Part shown: piece by piece, positions 16,502 through 26,401 of the stretch
Layout of the letters: every line of letters starts with the position of its first letter
Numbering within the stretch: position 1 is the first letter of the stretch
Sequence record: HM035024
Reading direction: 5' to 3' (one strand)
Origin: Shigella phage Shfl1
Length of the DNA: 50,661 nt
Notes under the pieces: generated by a model
Told to the model about the DNA's origin: nothing
Seen by the model: the letters and a program-made list of their open reading frames with translations, nothing else
The model's database searches: none
Position numbers and translations under genes: made by a program

Positions 16502-17461
16502 ATGACTACTAAAAAATTTGATGAAGCAGATAAAAGCAATGTTGAAATGTATCTGATCCAGGCTGGCGTAAAACAGGATGCAGCAGCAACGATGGGTATC
16601 TGGACCGCTCAGGAACTACACCGCATCAAGAGCCAGTCCTATGAAGAAGACTACCCGGTAGGCTCCGCACTGCGAGTATTTCCGGTTACTACCGATCTTT
16701 CTCCGACCGACAAGACGTTTGAGTATATGACCTTTGATAAGGTTGGTACTGCGCAGATTATCGCTGACTATACAGATGACCTGCCGCTTGTTGATGCCCT
16801 GGGTACTTCTGAGTTCGGTAAGGTATTTCGTTTGGGTAACGCGTATCTGATCTCAATTGATGAAATCAAAGCAGGTCAGGCAACTGGTCGCCCACTGTCA
16901 ACTCGCAAGGCAAGCGCGTGTCAGTTAGCACACGACCAACTGGTTAACCGCCTGGTGTTCAAAGGTTCTGCTCCGCACAAGATCGTGTCCGTGTTCAATC
17001 ATCCGAACATCACCAAAATTACCTCGGGTAAGTGGATGAATGCCGCAACTCCGAAACCGGAAACAGCAGAGGCTGAACTGACTCAGGCGATCGAAACCAT
17101 CGAGACGATTACGCGCGGTCATCACCGAGCTACCAACATCCTGATCCCGCCGTCTATGCGTAAGGTTCTGGCGATCCGTATGCCTGAAACTACCATGTCT
17201 TACCTGGACTATTTCAAGTCTCAGAATGCGGGTATCGAAATCGACTCTATCGCAGAGCTTGAAGATATCGACGGTGCGGGTACTAAAGGCGTGCTGGTGT
17301 ACGAAAAAAATCCGATGAATATGTCCATCGAGATCCCGGAAGCGTTTAACATGCTGCCAGCGCAGCCGAAAGACTTGCACTTTAAAGTGCCTTGCACCTC
17401 TAAGTGCACTGGTCTTACAATTTATCGCCCGATGACTATTGTCTTAATCACTGGCGTGTAA
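16502..17461 (+). CDS. putative major capsid protein
   Basis: 319 aa ORF after decoration-like genes; strong RBS (GGAGAAG); terminators on both sides imply high expression; size fits an HK97-fold capsid protein. Confidence 0.55.
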   Translation: MTTKKFDEADKSNVEMYLIQAGVKQDAAATMGIWTAQELHRIKSQSYEEDYPVGSALRVFPVTTDLSPTDKTFEYMTFDKVGTAQIIADYTDDLPLVDALGTSEFGKVFRLGNAYLISIDEIKAGQATGRPLSTRKASACQLAHDQLVNRLVFKGSAPHKIVSVFNHPNITKITSGKWMNAATPKPETAEAELTQAIETIETITRGHHRATNILIPPSMRKVLAIRMPETTMSYLDYFKSQNAGIEIDSIAELEDIDGAGTKGVLVYEKNPMNMSIEIPEAFNMLPAQPKDLHFKVPCTSKCTGLTIYRPMTIVLITGV

Positions 17462-17468
17462 TATTATA

Positions 17469-17497
17469 GGGGCTAACTTAGTTAGTCCCTTTTTTTA
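17469..17497 (+). terminator. intrinsic terminator after major capsid gene
   Basis: GGGGCTAAC-TTA-GTTAGTCCC followed by T7. Confidence 0.65.
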
Positions 17498-17511
17498 TTG
17501 GAGAAATCAAA

Positions 17512-17799
17512 ATGGCTAAAGAAAAAACTGTTGTTATCGTAAACGTTGGTGTGGCTCTTCAGATGTTCCGTCTTGAAGATGGTTCCTTTGCTAAAGTTCT
17601 TCCAGATGAAGAGGTCACGCTTCCGGCTTCCGTTCTTGATTTACCTGGCCTGCGTTGCTTGATTGCTCGCGAAGAAATCGAAGTTAAAGACGACAGTGCA
17701 ACCAACCGCAAAATCCGCGATGAAATGGCAAAGATCACTAAGCCAGATCCGTGGGATAGCAAAAGCGTTAAAGAGCTTGAGGACGGCGGCGAATATTAA
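17512..17799 (+). CDS. hypothetical structural protein (95 aa)
   Basis: ORF flanked by two intrinsic terminators in the head module. Confidence 0.4.
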   Translation: MAKEKTVVIVNVGVALQMFRLEDGSFAKVLPDEEVTLPASVLDLPGLRCLIAREEIEVKDDSATNRKIRDEMAKITKPDPWDSKSVKELEDGGEY

Positions 17800-17805
17800 T
17801 CATCA

Positions 17806-17831
17806 AGGCGCTCACGTAGCGCCTTTTTTTA
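17806..17831 (+). terminator. intrinsic terminator
   Basis: GGCGCTCACGTAGCGCC followed by T7. Confidence 0.7.
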
Positions 17832-17843
17832 TGGGGGTAAATT

Positions 17844-18257
17844 ATGAATCAAGAAAATTTAATTGCAGTTATTGAGCAAATGCGAAAGCTGGTTCCGGCA
17901 CTTCGCAAGGTTCCAGACGAAACGCTTTATGCGTGGGTAGAAATGGCTGAGCTATTTGTATGCCAGAAGACCTTTAAAGATGCATACGTCAAGGCGCTTG
18001 CTCTTTATGCATTGCACCTTGCTTTTCTTGATGGTGCGCTAAAAGGTGAAGATGAGGATATTGAATCGTACTCACGACGCGTTACGTCATTCTCCCTGAG
18101 CGGTGAATTTAGCCAGACTTTCGGAGAGGTGACGAAGAACCAGTCAGAGAACATGATGTTATCGACGCCGTGGGGTAAGATTTTCGAACAACTTAAAGCG
18201 CGACGCCGTGGTCGATTCGCATTAATGACAGGACTCCGTGGAGGATGCCACCAATGA
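17844..18257 (+). CDS. putative head-tail connector protein
   Basis: Position between capsid and tail genes; size. Confidence 0.35.
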   Translation: MNQENLIAVIEQMRKLVPALRKVPDETLYAWVEMAELFVCQKTFKDAYVKALALYALHLAFLDGALKGEDEDIESYSRRVTSFSLSGEFSQTFGEVTKNQSENMMLSTPWGKIFEQLKARRRGRFALMTGLRGGCHQ

Positions 18258-18625
18258 ACTACTCACAGATTGAAAGGATGGCTCGTAAAGGCGTAGCTTT
18301 CTTCACCGATCCTTCAAGACCTATGAACCTGATAAAGCAAGGTGAATACGGATATGATGAAAACGGATTCGAGATCCCGCCTATGGAGCAGGTTATTCCA
18401 ATATCCGGCACGACGCGAAGACCGAGTGCGCGTGAGATTGACGGGGAAACTATCCGCGCATCAGATATTTTGGGGATTTTCAATAATGATCATGAAATAA
18501 ACGAAGGTGACTATATAGAGATTGATGGCATTCGTCATGTTGTCGTTGATGCTCGCCCGGTTCAGGCGTCACTGAAACCAGTCGCCTATCGTCCAGTATT
18601 GCGGAGGGTATCAGTCGGTGGCTAA
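18254..18625 (+). CDS. putative head-tail joining protein
   Basis: Start trimmed to ATG 18254 (GGAGG 9 nt upstream, ATGA overlap). Confidence 0.35.
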   Translation: MNYSQIERMARKGVAFFTDPSRPMNLIKQGEYGYDENGFEIPPMEQVIPISGTTRRPSAREIDGETIRASDILGIFNNDHEINEGDYIEIDGIRHVVVDARPVQASLKPVAYRPVLRRVSVGG

Positions 18626-19061
18626 TTATCAGATTCGTAGATTTCAAGGCGAGATTGATGCGTGGATTAAGGCCGCTGAAAGCACGTTAGAACATGCCAT
18701 TGAGATATTCGTAAGGGATATTCACGATGCGCTCGTTAGCCGTTCTCCTGTCGACACAGGGCGATTTAAGGGTAACTGGCAGATAACTTTTAACGAAATC
18801 CCCAACTACGCATTAAATAGATACGATAAAACTGGCGGCGTCGTCCGTAGTGAGGAGCAAGCCAAAACTTATGGCATGTTCAGCCGTGGAGGCGCGATAA
18901 CATCCGTTCACTTCTCAAACATGTTGATTTATGCAAACTCTCTTGAGTACGGTCATTCACAACAAGCACCAAACGGCGTAGTCGGACTGGTTGCATTGAG
19001 ATTGCGATCGTATATGGCAGACGCAATAAAGCAAGCAAGGAGACAACAAAATGCACTATGA
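18618..19061 (+). CDS. putative tail completion protein
   Basis: GTG start with GGAGGG RBS; position. Confidence 0.35.
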   Translation: MANYQIRRFQGEIDAWIKAAESTLEHAIEIFVRDIHDALVSRSPVDTGRFKGNWQITFNEIPNYALNRYDKTGGVVRSEEQAKTYGMFSRGGAITSVHFSNMLIYANSLEYGHSQQAPNGVVGLVALRLRSYMADAIKQARRQQNAL

Positions 19062-19449
19062 GTTATCAGCGGCGGCGCGCGCCGCCTTTCTGTCGAAGTA
19101 TAGAGACTTTCCTCACTACATGGAAAACAGGAACTTTACACCGCCGAAGGGTGGCGGCATGTGGCTAAGGTTCAACTACATTGAAGGCGATACGCTTTAT
19201 CTATCAATTGACAGAAAGTGTAAATCTTACATCGCAATAGTTCAGATCGGAGTTGTGTTCCCTCCTGGTTCCGGCGTTGATGAGGCAAGATTGAAAGCAA
19301 AAGAGATTGCCGATTTTTTCAAAGATGGTAAAATGCTTAACGTTGGTTATATTTTTGAGGGTGCAATCGTGCATCAAATTGTTAAACATGAAAGCGGATG
19401 GATGATTCCAGTTCGCTTCACGGTACGAGTAGACACAAAGGAGACTTAA
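19051..19449 (+). CDS. putative tail component
   Basis: ORF; AAGGAGA RBS; position. Confidence 0.35.
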   Translation: MHYELSAAARAAFLSKYRDFPHYMENRNFTPPKGGGMWLRFNYIEGDTLYLSIDRKCKSYIAIVQIGVVFPPGSGVDEARLKAKEIADFFKDGKMLNVGYIFEGAIVHQIVKHESGWMIPVRFTVRVDTKET

Positions 19450-19451
19450 TT

Positions 19452-20120
19452 ATGCACTTACCAAATGGCGCGCAAATTTTCGTGGAAACCTCTCGCGGAG
19501 AAGAGATCGAGGCAACCGCTGTCACTAACGCAAAAAATCCTGTTGCTACAGTTGCATCTAAGGGAGACTTGACTAAAGGTGATTACGTTATTGTAACTCA
19601 GTCAATGTGGGCTAAGATGATCAGTCGAGTTCTTATTGTGACTGATGCTCAAGAAACGGAAATTACACTTGCTGGCATTGACACAACGGATACTCTTGTT
19701 TTCCCGGCTGGCGGCACGATGAGCTTTGCAAAAGTTACTGGCTGGACTGAGATCCCTTGCGTACAGGAGATTGGTCAGGACGGAGGCGAGCAACAGTATT
19801 ACACTTATCAGTGTTTGTCAGATGACAAAGAACAGCAGATCCCAACGTTTAAATCTGCGATCTCGTTAACGTATACTTTCGCGCACGAATTTGATAACCC
19901 GATCTACCCTATTCTGCGTAAGCTGGATTCTTCTGGTCAGGTAACTGCGGTTCGGATGTATGTTCCAAAAGCGAACGAGATGCGCATGTGGGCTGGTATC
20001 TTGTCTTTTAACGACATTCCATCTACGCAAGTAAACGAAATGGAAACAGTACAACTCGCCGTATCCCTGAAAGGTGATTTTACTTTCGTTTCATCCACTC
20101 TGGCATCTCCAGGTGCCTAA
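19452..20120 (+). CDS. putative major tail protein
   Basis: 222 aa; start trimmed to ATG 19452 (AAGGAGA RBS); followed by GC hairpin terminator; immediately upstream of chaperone and tape measure. Confidence 0.5.
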   Translation: MHLPNGAQIFVETSRGEEIEATAVTNAKNPVATVASKGDLTKGDYVIVTQSMWAKMISRVLIVTDAQETEITLAGIDTTDTLVFPAGGTMSFAKVTGWTEIPCVQEIGQDGGEQQYYTYQCLSDDKEQQIPTFKSAISLTYTFAHEFDNPIYPILRKLDSSGQVTAVRMYVPKANEMRMWAGILSFNDIPSTQVNEMETVQLAVSLKGDFTFVSSTLASPGA

Positions 20121-20132
20121 ATCACATCCATA

Positions 20133-20160
20133 GGGGGGCTTGCGCCCCCTTCTTCATTTC
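20133..20160 (+). terminator. intrinsic terminator after major tail gene
   Basis: GGGGGG-CTTGCG-CCCCC followed by T-rich TTCTTCATTTC. Confidence 0.5.
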
Positions 20161-20194
20161 TGTAGAATCATCGTATCAACTTTATTCACTTCAC

Positions 20195-20213
20195 TTTTAA
20201 CAAAAAGTGCTAT
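20195..20213 (-). promoter_or_regulatory. conserved motif, reverse orientation, upstream of tail assembly chaperone
   Basis: Plus strand reads TTTTAACAAAAAGTGCTAT, directly followed by CAACCAATCAGGAGAAC leader. Confidence 0.3.
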
Positions 20214-20233
20214 CAACCAATCAGGAGAACATC

Positions 20234-20551
20234 ATGGCTAAATTCAATTTTGTGCTGGGCCAGCTTCCAGACTTCAAACTTCCGGTTACTTTCACCATGC
20301 CAAACGGTGAAGATGCGACGATTATTTTTACCGTGCGCCACCTTTCCAGTAAAGAAGTACAGGATATGTACACTAAACAGGGAGAAATGAATGATAGCGA
20401 TTTCATCACTAAGATCGCGTCCGGGTGGAATCTGGAAGAAGAATTTAACGAAGAGAATGCGCGTAAACTGGTACAGTATTACCCTTCCGCAGCGTACAAT
20501 CTGACGGCAACTTACATCAAGGCGCTCGCCGGACACCGCGCAAAAAACTAA
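20234..20551 (+). CDS. tail assembly chaperone (lambda gpG analogue)
   Basis: Position before tape measure; ends at slippery heptamer A_AAA_AAC. Confidence 0.6.
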   Translation: MAKFNFVLGQLPDFKLPVTFTMPNGEDATIIFTVRHLSSKEVQDMYTKQGEMNDSDFITKIASGWNLEEEFNEENARKLVQYYPSAAYNLTATYIKALAGHRAKN

Positions 20552-20868
20552 AAAGGGCGGTTTATCTGTTATATCAGAAACCGCCGACAGAAGAGCAATT
20601 ACGATCGGTTGGCCTCAGTCTTTCTGACTATGAAGACGAGGAACCGGAAACGATAATTGGCGACGCTGAAATGGTGAAGGCGTGGAATGTTTTTACGTCA
20701 ATGCTCACTCAGTGGAGAAGTTCAGGCGCTGGAGCTTATGGTCTTGACTATAATGTTTTGCCTATGCTGTTCAAAATCTATAAAATAGATGATGAAGAAC
20801 TGGCATTGCAGGACGTTAGAATCATGGAAGCGAAAGCGCTTGAAATGATTGCTAAGCAGAATAACTAA
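20234..20868 (+). CDS. tail assembly chaperone, -1 frameshift-extended form (gpGT analogue)
   Basis: Slippery site A_AAA_AAC at 20542-20548; the -1 frame is open from 20548 to stop at 20866-20868. Confidence 0.5.
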
Positions 20869-20890
20869 GCCGCCGTTTGGCGGTTTTTTC
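20869..20890 (+). terminator. intrinsic terminator between chaperone and tape measure
   Basis: CCGCC-GTTT-GGCGG followed by T6. Confidence 0.55.
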
Positions 20891-20906
20891 GTATATAGGG
20901 GGCTAT

Positions 20907-23780
20907 ATGGTTGATAAAGTAGCAGGTTTGTCTCTTGACGTTGACGTGTCAACAGTACAGCGCGCCGTCAAGTCACTGAAAGAGTTTTCAAGGGCCAACG
21001 ACCAGGCCGCTGACTCTATGGGATCTTTAATCAATGAGGCAGAAGTAGCGAAGCAGAAGGCTAAAGAACACGCAGAACAACTCAAGCGACAGAGAAAAGA
21101 GTACGAAGCGGTAGAGAAAGCAATCGATCCTACAGTTGCAAAAATGGAGAGGTTAAAAGTTGCTTCCCAGCAGCTTGATAAACTCTGGCAGCAAGGCGTT
21201 ATTCCAGATGGCACGTTTTTCCGTTTAGGTGAAATGCTGGATATGCAAAACGCAAAACTTGCTCGCAGTCGTGCGATGCTGACGGAAGAGGGTCAGGCGG
21301 CATTGCAGGAAGCGAAAGCAAAAGAACAGGCGGCAGCACGAAGCAAGGCATTCATGGATGCCCTGAATGGTCAAGTTAACGCGATCGGCAAGACTCACGC
21401 TGAATTGATGGAACTTAAAGCGGCTGAGCTTGGCTTATCGAAAGAAGCAGCGCCACTAATCGCAAAACTGAAAGATCAGGGTCGGGCAATGAATGCCGCA
21501 GGCATTAGCGCAGGGCAATATAGGCAGGCAATGCGAATGCTTCCTGCGCAGATCACAGACGTCGTAACGTCTCTTGCTTCTGGTATGCCTGTATGGATGG
21601 TTGCTATCCAGCAGGGAGGGCAGATTAAGGATTCTTTCGGCGGGATCGGCAACACGTTTAAGGTATTGCTCAGTTATATTAATCCGGTCACAGCAGGTAT
21701 TGGTGTTCTAGTTGGTTCGTTAGGTCTTCTCGCGAAAGCTGGTTATGACTCTTACAAGTCAATAACTGATATGCAGAATGCTCTTGTTGAGACTGGAGGT
21801 TATGCAGGAGTCACGGCTGAAGACCTTGATTCTGTTGCTAAAAAGGTAGCTCAGACGAGCAACTCAACAATTTCAAGCATTCGTGAGATTGTTACTGAAC
21901 TTGCCAGTACGGGGAAATATACGCGAGAGCAGATTCAGAACATCACAAAAGCTACCGCCGAGTGGTCGACAGCAACAGGAAAATCAGCAAGTAAAATCAT
22001 TGCTGAGTTCGATAAAATCGCAAGCGATCCTGTAAAGGGTCTGGCTAAACTTAACGAGCAATACAACTTTTTGGAAAAAGGACAACTGACATATATCGAT
22101 ACGCTAAGCCGTACTAAGGGTGAAACGGAGGCAGTGTCTGAAGCAACGAAATTATTCGCCGAAGTTATGGAAAAGCGAATGAAGTCGATCGCAGACAATG
22201 CCACACCTCTTGAAAAAATGTGGAACGATATTAAGCAGTGGGCCTCTGATGCGTGGGGGTGGGTTGGGGATCACACTCTCGGGGCATTAAACCTGATTAT
22301 TGACGTAGTTCAGGGGACGGTAATTCAGGTAAAAATGATTCTAGCGAAGGGTGATGAGTACATTTCAAACTTTATAGCATCTGCAATCAAGGCCACGCAA
22401 TCACTGCCTGGTATGAGTGATTTTGGTGCTGATGTGCTGAAGGAGCAGGAGAACATCGTAAAAAGTTCTCGCGACAACTACGAACAGTTGGCTTCAGAGC
22501 TTGATGCCATTAACGCCCGTGTTGAAAAAGGTGAGATGGGATACGTTGAAGCAATGAAGCAGCGTCGTACCCTTGAGAAGCAGTACATCCAGGAAACTAA
22601 GGATGCTATCAAGGAAGAAGCTGAAGAGATCGAAAAGCGAAACCGTGAGCGAAATAAGCAGTCGAAAATTTTACGCTCACCTACAGAGCAATTCGATAAG
22701 GAGTTAATTTCACTAAAAGCGCAGCTTAAGGTTTTGCAAGAGCACAAGGAGATCGGGCAAAAACTTTCCGCGCAGAGAAAGGCGCTGTTTACTACTGAGG
22801 CTACGATCGCTGTTCTTCGCGAGGCTAGTTCTAAGCGTCAGTTGTCTGCGGAAGAAAAAGCACTACTTGCAAATCAGGAGAAAGTTTTAGAGCTTGCGAA
22901 ACAGAAGGCTGAGATTGGCGATCAGATTGTTAAGCAGCAGCAGTTGAACGCTCTTACCGATAAATCACTGAAATTTGTTAATGATTTGACGGCAGCTACA
23001 GAGCAGCTAAACGCGTCTCGCGGGATGAGCACCCGAGAAATGGAACGGCAAGCTGAGTTGGCTAAGATCACCACTGATTATATTAATGCAGGTGGCAGCG
23101 AAGGAGATGAAAAACTCCAGAACATGATCAAAGCACAAAATGATTACTATTCTGCGGAAGATGCCAAGCGTGCTGACTGGTTGGCAGGTGCTGAAAGCGC
23201 ATTTGCAGATTACGGCGATTCTGCAATGGATATGTATGGTAACGTATATGATATCGCGTCAAGTTCACTTAACGGAATGAGTGATATGATGACTCAATTC
23301 CTGACTACAGGTAAGGCAAACTTTGAGGACTTTGCGAAAAACATCATTAGCATGATTATTAAGATGATTGCTCAGATGGTAATCTTCAATACGATCTCAG
23401 GCATGATGGGAGGTAAGACGTGGAGCTTTGCTGGAGTGGCGTCGTCTGGTGCTTCTGCGGCATCACAGGCAACTCCTACGCCTGCCGCCTCCGGTTTTAG
23501 GTCTTTATCATCTGGCGCTGCCGTTACCTCTCTTGCTGCCGCAGCTGGTAGTGTGGCAACATCTGGATTTAACGCATCTAAAGCAGCACCGAAGGCAGTA
23601 AACCAATCAGCAGGTGGGACGGTCGTTGACGTTAGTGGTATGGAGGTTAAAGTTGACAACGGTTCAGATCCGAGAGGCATTTCTCAGGGTGTAGAAATGA
23701 TGTTCAAAAAAATGATTCGTGAGTCTTGTTCTCAGGGCGGCGAGGTTTATAATTACATTCAGGAAAAAACAGGAGGTTAA
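20907..23780 (+). CDS. tail tape measure protein
   Basis: 957 aa; long Ala/Glu/Lys/Gln-rich helical region; C-terminal Gly/Ala/Ser-rich segment; located after chaperone/frameshift pair. Confidence 0.85.
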   Translation: MVDKVAGLSLDVDVSTVQRAVKSLKEFSRANDQAADSMGSLINEAEVAKQKAKEHAEQLKRQRKEYEAVEKAIDPTVAKMERLKVASQQLDKLWQQGVIPDGTFFRLGEMLDMQNAKLARSRAMLTEEGQAALQEAKAKEQAAARSKAFMDALNGQVNAIGKTHAELMELKAAELGLSKEAAPLIAKLKDQGRAMNAAGISAGQYRQAMRMLPAQITDVVTSLASGMPVWMVAIQQGGQIKDSFGGIGNTFKVLLSYINPVTAGIGVLVGSLGLLAKAGYDSYKSITDMQNALVETGGYAGVTAEDLDSVAKKVAQTSNSTISSIREIVTELASTGKYTREQIQNITKATAEWSTATGKSASKIIAEFDKIASDPVKGLAKLNEQYNFLEKGQLTYIDTLSRTKGETEAVSEATKLFAEVMEKRMKSIADNATPLEKMWNDIKQWASDAWGWVGDHTLGALNLIIDVVQGTVIQVKMILAKGDEYISNFIASAIKATQSLPGMSDFGADVLKEQENIVKSSRDNYEQLASELDAINARVEKGEMGYVEAMKQRRTLEKQYIQETKDAIKEEAEEIEKRNRERNKQSKILRSPTEQFDKELISLKAQLKVLQEHKEIGQKLSAQRKALFTTEATIAVLREASSKRQLSAEEKALLANQEKVLELAKQKAEIGDQIVKQQQLNALTDKSLKFVNDLTAATEQLNASRGMSTREMERQAELAKITTDYINAGGSEGDEKLQNMIKAQNDYYSAEDAKRADWLAGAESAFADYGDSAMDMYGNVYDIASSSLNGMSDMMTQFLTTGKANFEDFAKNIISMIIKMIAQMVIFNTISGMMGGKTWSFAGVASSGASAASQATPTPAASGFRSLSSGAAVTSLAAAAGSVATSGFNASKAAPKAVNQSAGGTVVDVSGMEVKVDNGSDPRGISQGVEMMFKKMIRESCSQGGEVYNYIQEKTGG

Positions 23781-23782
23781 TA

Positions 23783-24136
23783 ATGGCGACACTTGACACT
23801 TTCGGTTGGTGTACGCAGGTTCAAGGGGGCGGTGGCTCCCTTACTACTACCAATAACGACCGCTCCATCCAGTTTGGTAATGGCTACATGCAGCTTGCAT
23901 CGTCTGGATTTAACACCACTCGACGCGAGTATTCAGTTGTCTATGCCGGGGAAGATTTCATGGCTGTTTACGACTTCTGCGATTCTCACCGCATTAAGCC
24001 GTTCGCATGGACGCCGCCGGACGGGAAGATCGGAGTATGGGTTGTCAAGCCTAACAGCCTGGGGGCGAAGCCAGTATCACGCGAAGTGATGGAGATTAAC
24101 GTAACGTTTATTGAGCAGTTTACATCTATGGAATAG
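23783..24136 (+). CDS. minor tail protein (lambda gpM-like)
   Basis: 117 aa, first gene after tape measure, as in lambda-type tail tip clusters. Confidence 0.55.
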   Translation: MATLDTFGWCTQVQGGGGSLTTTNNDRSIQFGNGYMQLASSGFNTTRREYSVVYAGEDFMAVYDFCDSHRIKPFAWTPPDGKIGVWVVKPNSLGAKPVSREVMEINVTFIEQFTSME

Positions 24137-24147
24137 CGCCACATAAC

Positions 24148-24174
24148 AAAGCCCGCCTTGCGCGGGTTTTTTTG
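24148..24174 (+). terminator. intrinsic terminator
   Basis: CCCGCCTTGCGCGGG followed by T7; identical hairpin at 26328. Confidence 0.7.
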
Positions 24175-24214
24175 TAGCTGTAGAATGGTTGCAGGTAAAC
24201 AAGAGGAAAAATCA

Positions 24215-24997
24215 ATGAGCGAAAACAAAAAACTTTATGATGAAGAAAGCGGGAGAAGCCTGTTTCACAACTGCCTACAATCACTGTATCCGGGCGAAAT
24301 AATCACCCTTATTGAAGTTGATGGTAGTAAGTTCGGTGCTCAGGTGTACAGATTTCACGGCGAGAATATCCAGTACACTCCAGAAGAAATCATGCAGGCC
24401 CAGCAAACAGGAACGCTACCGCCGAAAGAAATTACCTTCCGTGGTGAACAGTACGGCGCGCGACCGTTCGGTATATCAGGGATCTCGTTCGACAGTTCAG
24501 GCAAGGCCACAAAACCACAATTAACGGTAGCAAACATTGATAGTAGAGTGTCTGCGATGATTCGCGCGTATAACGGATTGATGCAGGCGAAGGTGACAAT
24601 CTGGATAACTCAAAAGGACTTGATTAAACCTGATGGCTCAATCGCTGACGGTGCTTATCGGAAGCTGGTATACTATATCGAACGCCCGAGCTATGTCGAT
24701 AAGAGTGTTGCACGATTCGATCTCACGTCGCCGTATGATATGGATGGAATCATGATACCGTCACGACTCACGCAAAGCGTTTGCTATTGGGCGCAGCGTG
24801 GCTGGTATAAAACCGGGAAAGGTTGCGGATACAACGGGCAAAATGGTTACTTTGACAAAGACAATAATCCTGTAGATGATCCTTCGCTTGATTTTTGCCC
24901 AGGAACAGTAACGGCCTGCCGCCTGCGGTTCGGCGCAAACAATGAATTGGATTTTGGCGGTTGCGCTGTCGCTTCACTACAGAGGAAAAATCAATGA
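24215..24997 (+). CDS. minor tail protein (lambda gpL-like)
   Basis: C-terminal cysteine cluster CYWAQ...CGYNG...FCPGTVTACRL consistent with the gpL Fe-S site; start trimmed to ATG 24215. Confidence 0.6.
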   Translation: MSENKKLYDEESGRSLFHNCLQSLYPGEIITLIEVDGSKFGAQVYRFHGENIQYTPEEIMQAQQTGTLPPKEITFRGEQYGARPFGISGISFDSSGKATKPQLTVANIDSRVSAMIRAYNGLMQAKVTIWITQKDLIKPDGSIADGAYRKLVYYIERPSYVDKSVARFDLTSPYDMDGIMIPSRLTQSVCYWAQRGWYKTGKGCGYNGQNGYFDKDNNPVDDPSLDFCPGTVTACRLRFGANNELDFGGCAVASLQRKNQ

Positions 24998-25728
24998 TTA
25001 GTGCAAAAATTAAACTTGAAATTATGACTCACGCTCATGAAGAATACCCCCGAGAATGCTGCGGGGTAGTCACCCAAAAGGGCCGCGTGCAAAAATACCA
25101 TCGCGTTGATAATGTACACCGCGATCCTGAAAATCACTTCATGATGGACGCAGTGCAATACGCATGTATTGAGGACGATGCGGAATCAACTACGATCGCA
25201 ATTGTTCACAGCCACACCGGAGACGGGGCTACAACTCTTCCAAGCGCTCACGATACGTGCATGTGTAATGAGATGGAAGTGACATGGATTATTGTTAGCG
25301 TACCGGAAGGAGATATGCGATTTGTGAAGCCTGAGAAATTACCTCTGATTGGTCGTCCGTGGTCGTTAGGCTCATTTGACTGTTACGGTCTTGTTATGGC
25401 TTGGCACAAAGAGCACGGCGTAGAATTGCGCGATCGAAGGTTGAATTTTGAATGGTGGAAACCTGAGTACGGAATTAATCTCTATCAGGACTATTACAGG
25501 CAAGATGGATTTGTTGAAATTCCAGATCAGAATAATCCTTCATTTGGTGATATGGTAATCATGCAAATAGGGCAAAATGTTCCGGTGTGGAACCATGCGG
25601 GGATTTACCTGGGTGATAATCAGATCTTGCATCACGCATTCGGAAAGCTATCGCGTCGTGATATTTATTCTGGCTGGTATCAGGATCACACAGTTTTAAT
25701 TGTTCGCCATAAGGATCTTAAATTATGA
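24994..25728 (+). CDS. tail assembly protein (lambda gpK-like, JAMM/MPN plus NlpC/P60)
   Basis: JAMM-type motif HSHTGDGATTLPSAHD; C-terminal NlpC/P60-like segment with Cys (FDCYGL) and His; ATGA overlap with previous gene. Confidence 0.65.
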   Translation: MISAKIKLEIMTHAHEEYPRECCGVVTQKGRVQKYHRVDNVHRDPENHFMMDAVQYACIEDDAESTTIAIVHSHTGDGATTLPSAHDTCMCNEMEVTWIIVSVPEGDMRFVKPEKLPLIGRPWSLGSFDCYGLVMAWHKEHGVELRDRRLNFEWWKPEYGINLYQDYYRQDGFVEIPDQNNPSFGDMVIMQIGQNVPVWNHAGIYLGDNQILHHAFGKLSRRDIYSGWYQDHTVLIVRHKDLKL

Positions 25729-26324
25729 ATGATGTAAAAGTGATCAAATTATCCGGTTCACTTGGGAGACGCTTCGGCGTCTTTCACAGATTCGCTATCG
25801 ACTCTTACCCGGAAGCTATCCGAGCGCTATCCAGTCAGGTAGACGGATTTAAAGAATACATGCAGAGTGAAGTCGGATCACGTAGCAAGTTTGCAATATT
25901 TGTGGATGGCGTTAACGTTGGACACCATGAAGAGGAAAAATTCAAGTGCGCCAAAGAGATAAGGATTGTCCCCATCCCTACTGGTTCTAAGTCAGGCGGT
26001 CTATTCCAAGTTGTATTGGGGGCGGCAATAATGGTTGCGGCGTTCTATACTGGAGGTGCGTCTCTGGCATTAATGGGAACAATGTCATCTTCTCTGTTTA
26101 TGATGGGCGGCGCTATGGTGCTGGGAGGCGTGATGCAGATGATTTCACCGCAGCCTGGAGGGGCAAACTTTGAAGTTCAATCAAGCAAGAATAAACCTTC
26201 GTACGCGTTCGGCGGTGCTGTCAATACGACGGCGGCGGGATACCCTCTCCCGGTCCCGTATGGATATCGCGCCGGAGGTGGCGCAACTTTCTCAGCAGGT
26301 TCCTATGCCGAGGATATGAGTTAA
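25725..26324 (+). CDS. tail assembly protein (lambda gpI-like)
   Basis: 199 aa; Gly/Ala/Met-rich hydrophobic C-terminal half; position between K-like and J-like genes. Confidence 0.5.
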   Translation: MNDVKVIKLSGSLGRRFGVFHRFAIDSYPEAIRALSSQVDGFKEYMQSEVGSRSKFAIFVDGVNVGHHEEEKFKCAKEIRIVPIPTGSKSGGLFQVVLGAAIMVAAFYTGGASLALMGTMSSSLFMMGGAMVLGGVMQMISPQPGGANFEVQSSKNKPSYAFGGAVNTTAAGYPLPVPYGYRAGGGATFSAGSYAEDMS

Positions 26325-26327
26325 AAT

Positions 26328-26354
26328 ATACCCGCCTTGCGCGGGTTTTTTTTC
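26328..26354 (+). terminator. intrinsic terminator
   Basis: CCCGCCTTGCGCGGG followed by T8. Confidence 0.7.
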
Positions 26355-26379
26355 GCCTGTATAATGGGTTCACCGATAA

Positions 26380-26398
26380 ATAGCACAAAAAGGTAAAC
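26380..26398 (+). promoter_or_regulatory. divergent motif copy ATAGCACAAAAAGGTAAAC upstream of gpJ-like gene
   Basis: Preceded by TATAAT at 26360-26365 and terminator at 26328. Confidence 0.3.
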
Positions 26399-26401
26399 AT
26401 C

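Noticed and set aside
20903-23680. Antisense ORFs inside the tape measure gene (20903..21214, 21935..22204, 22478..22747, 23372..23680, minus strand)
   Set aside because: They are fully embedded in a long, well-supported plus-strand gene with no RBS; expected by chance in GC-balanced coding DNA.
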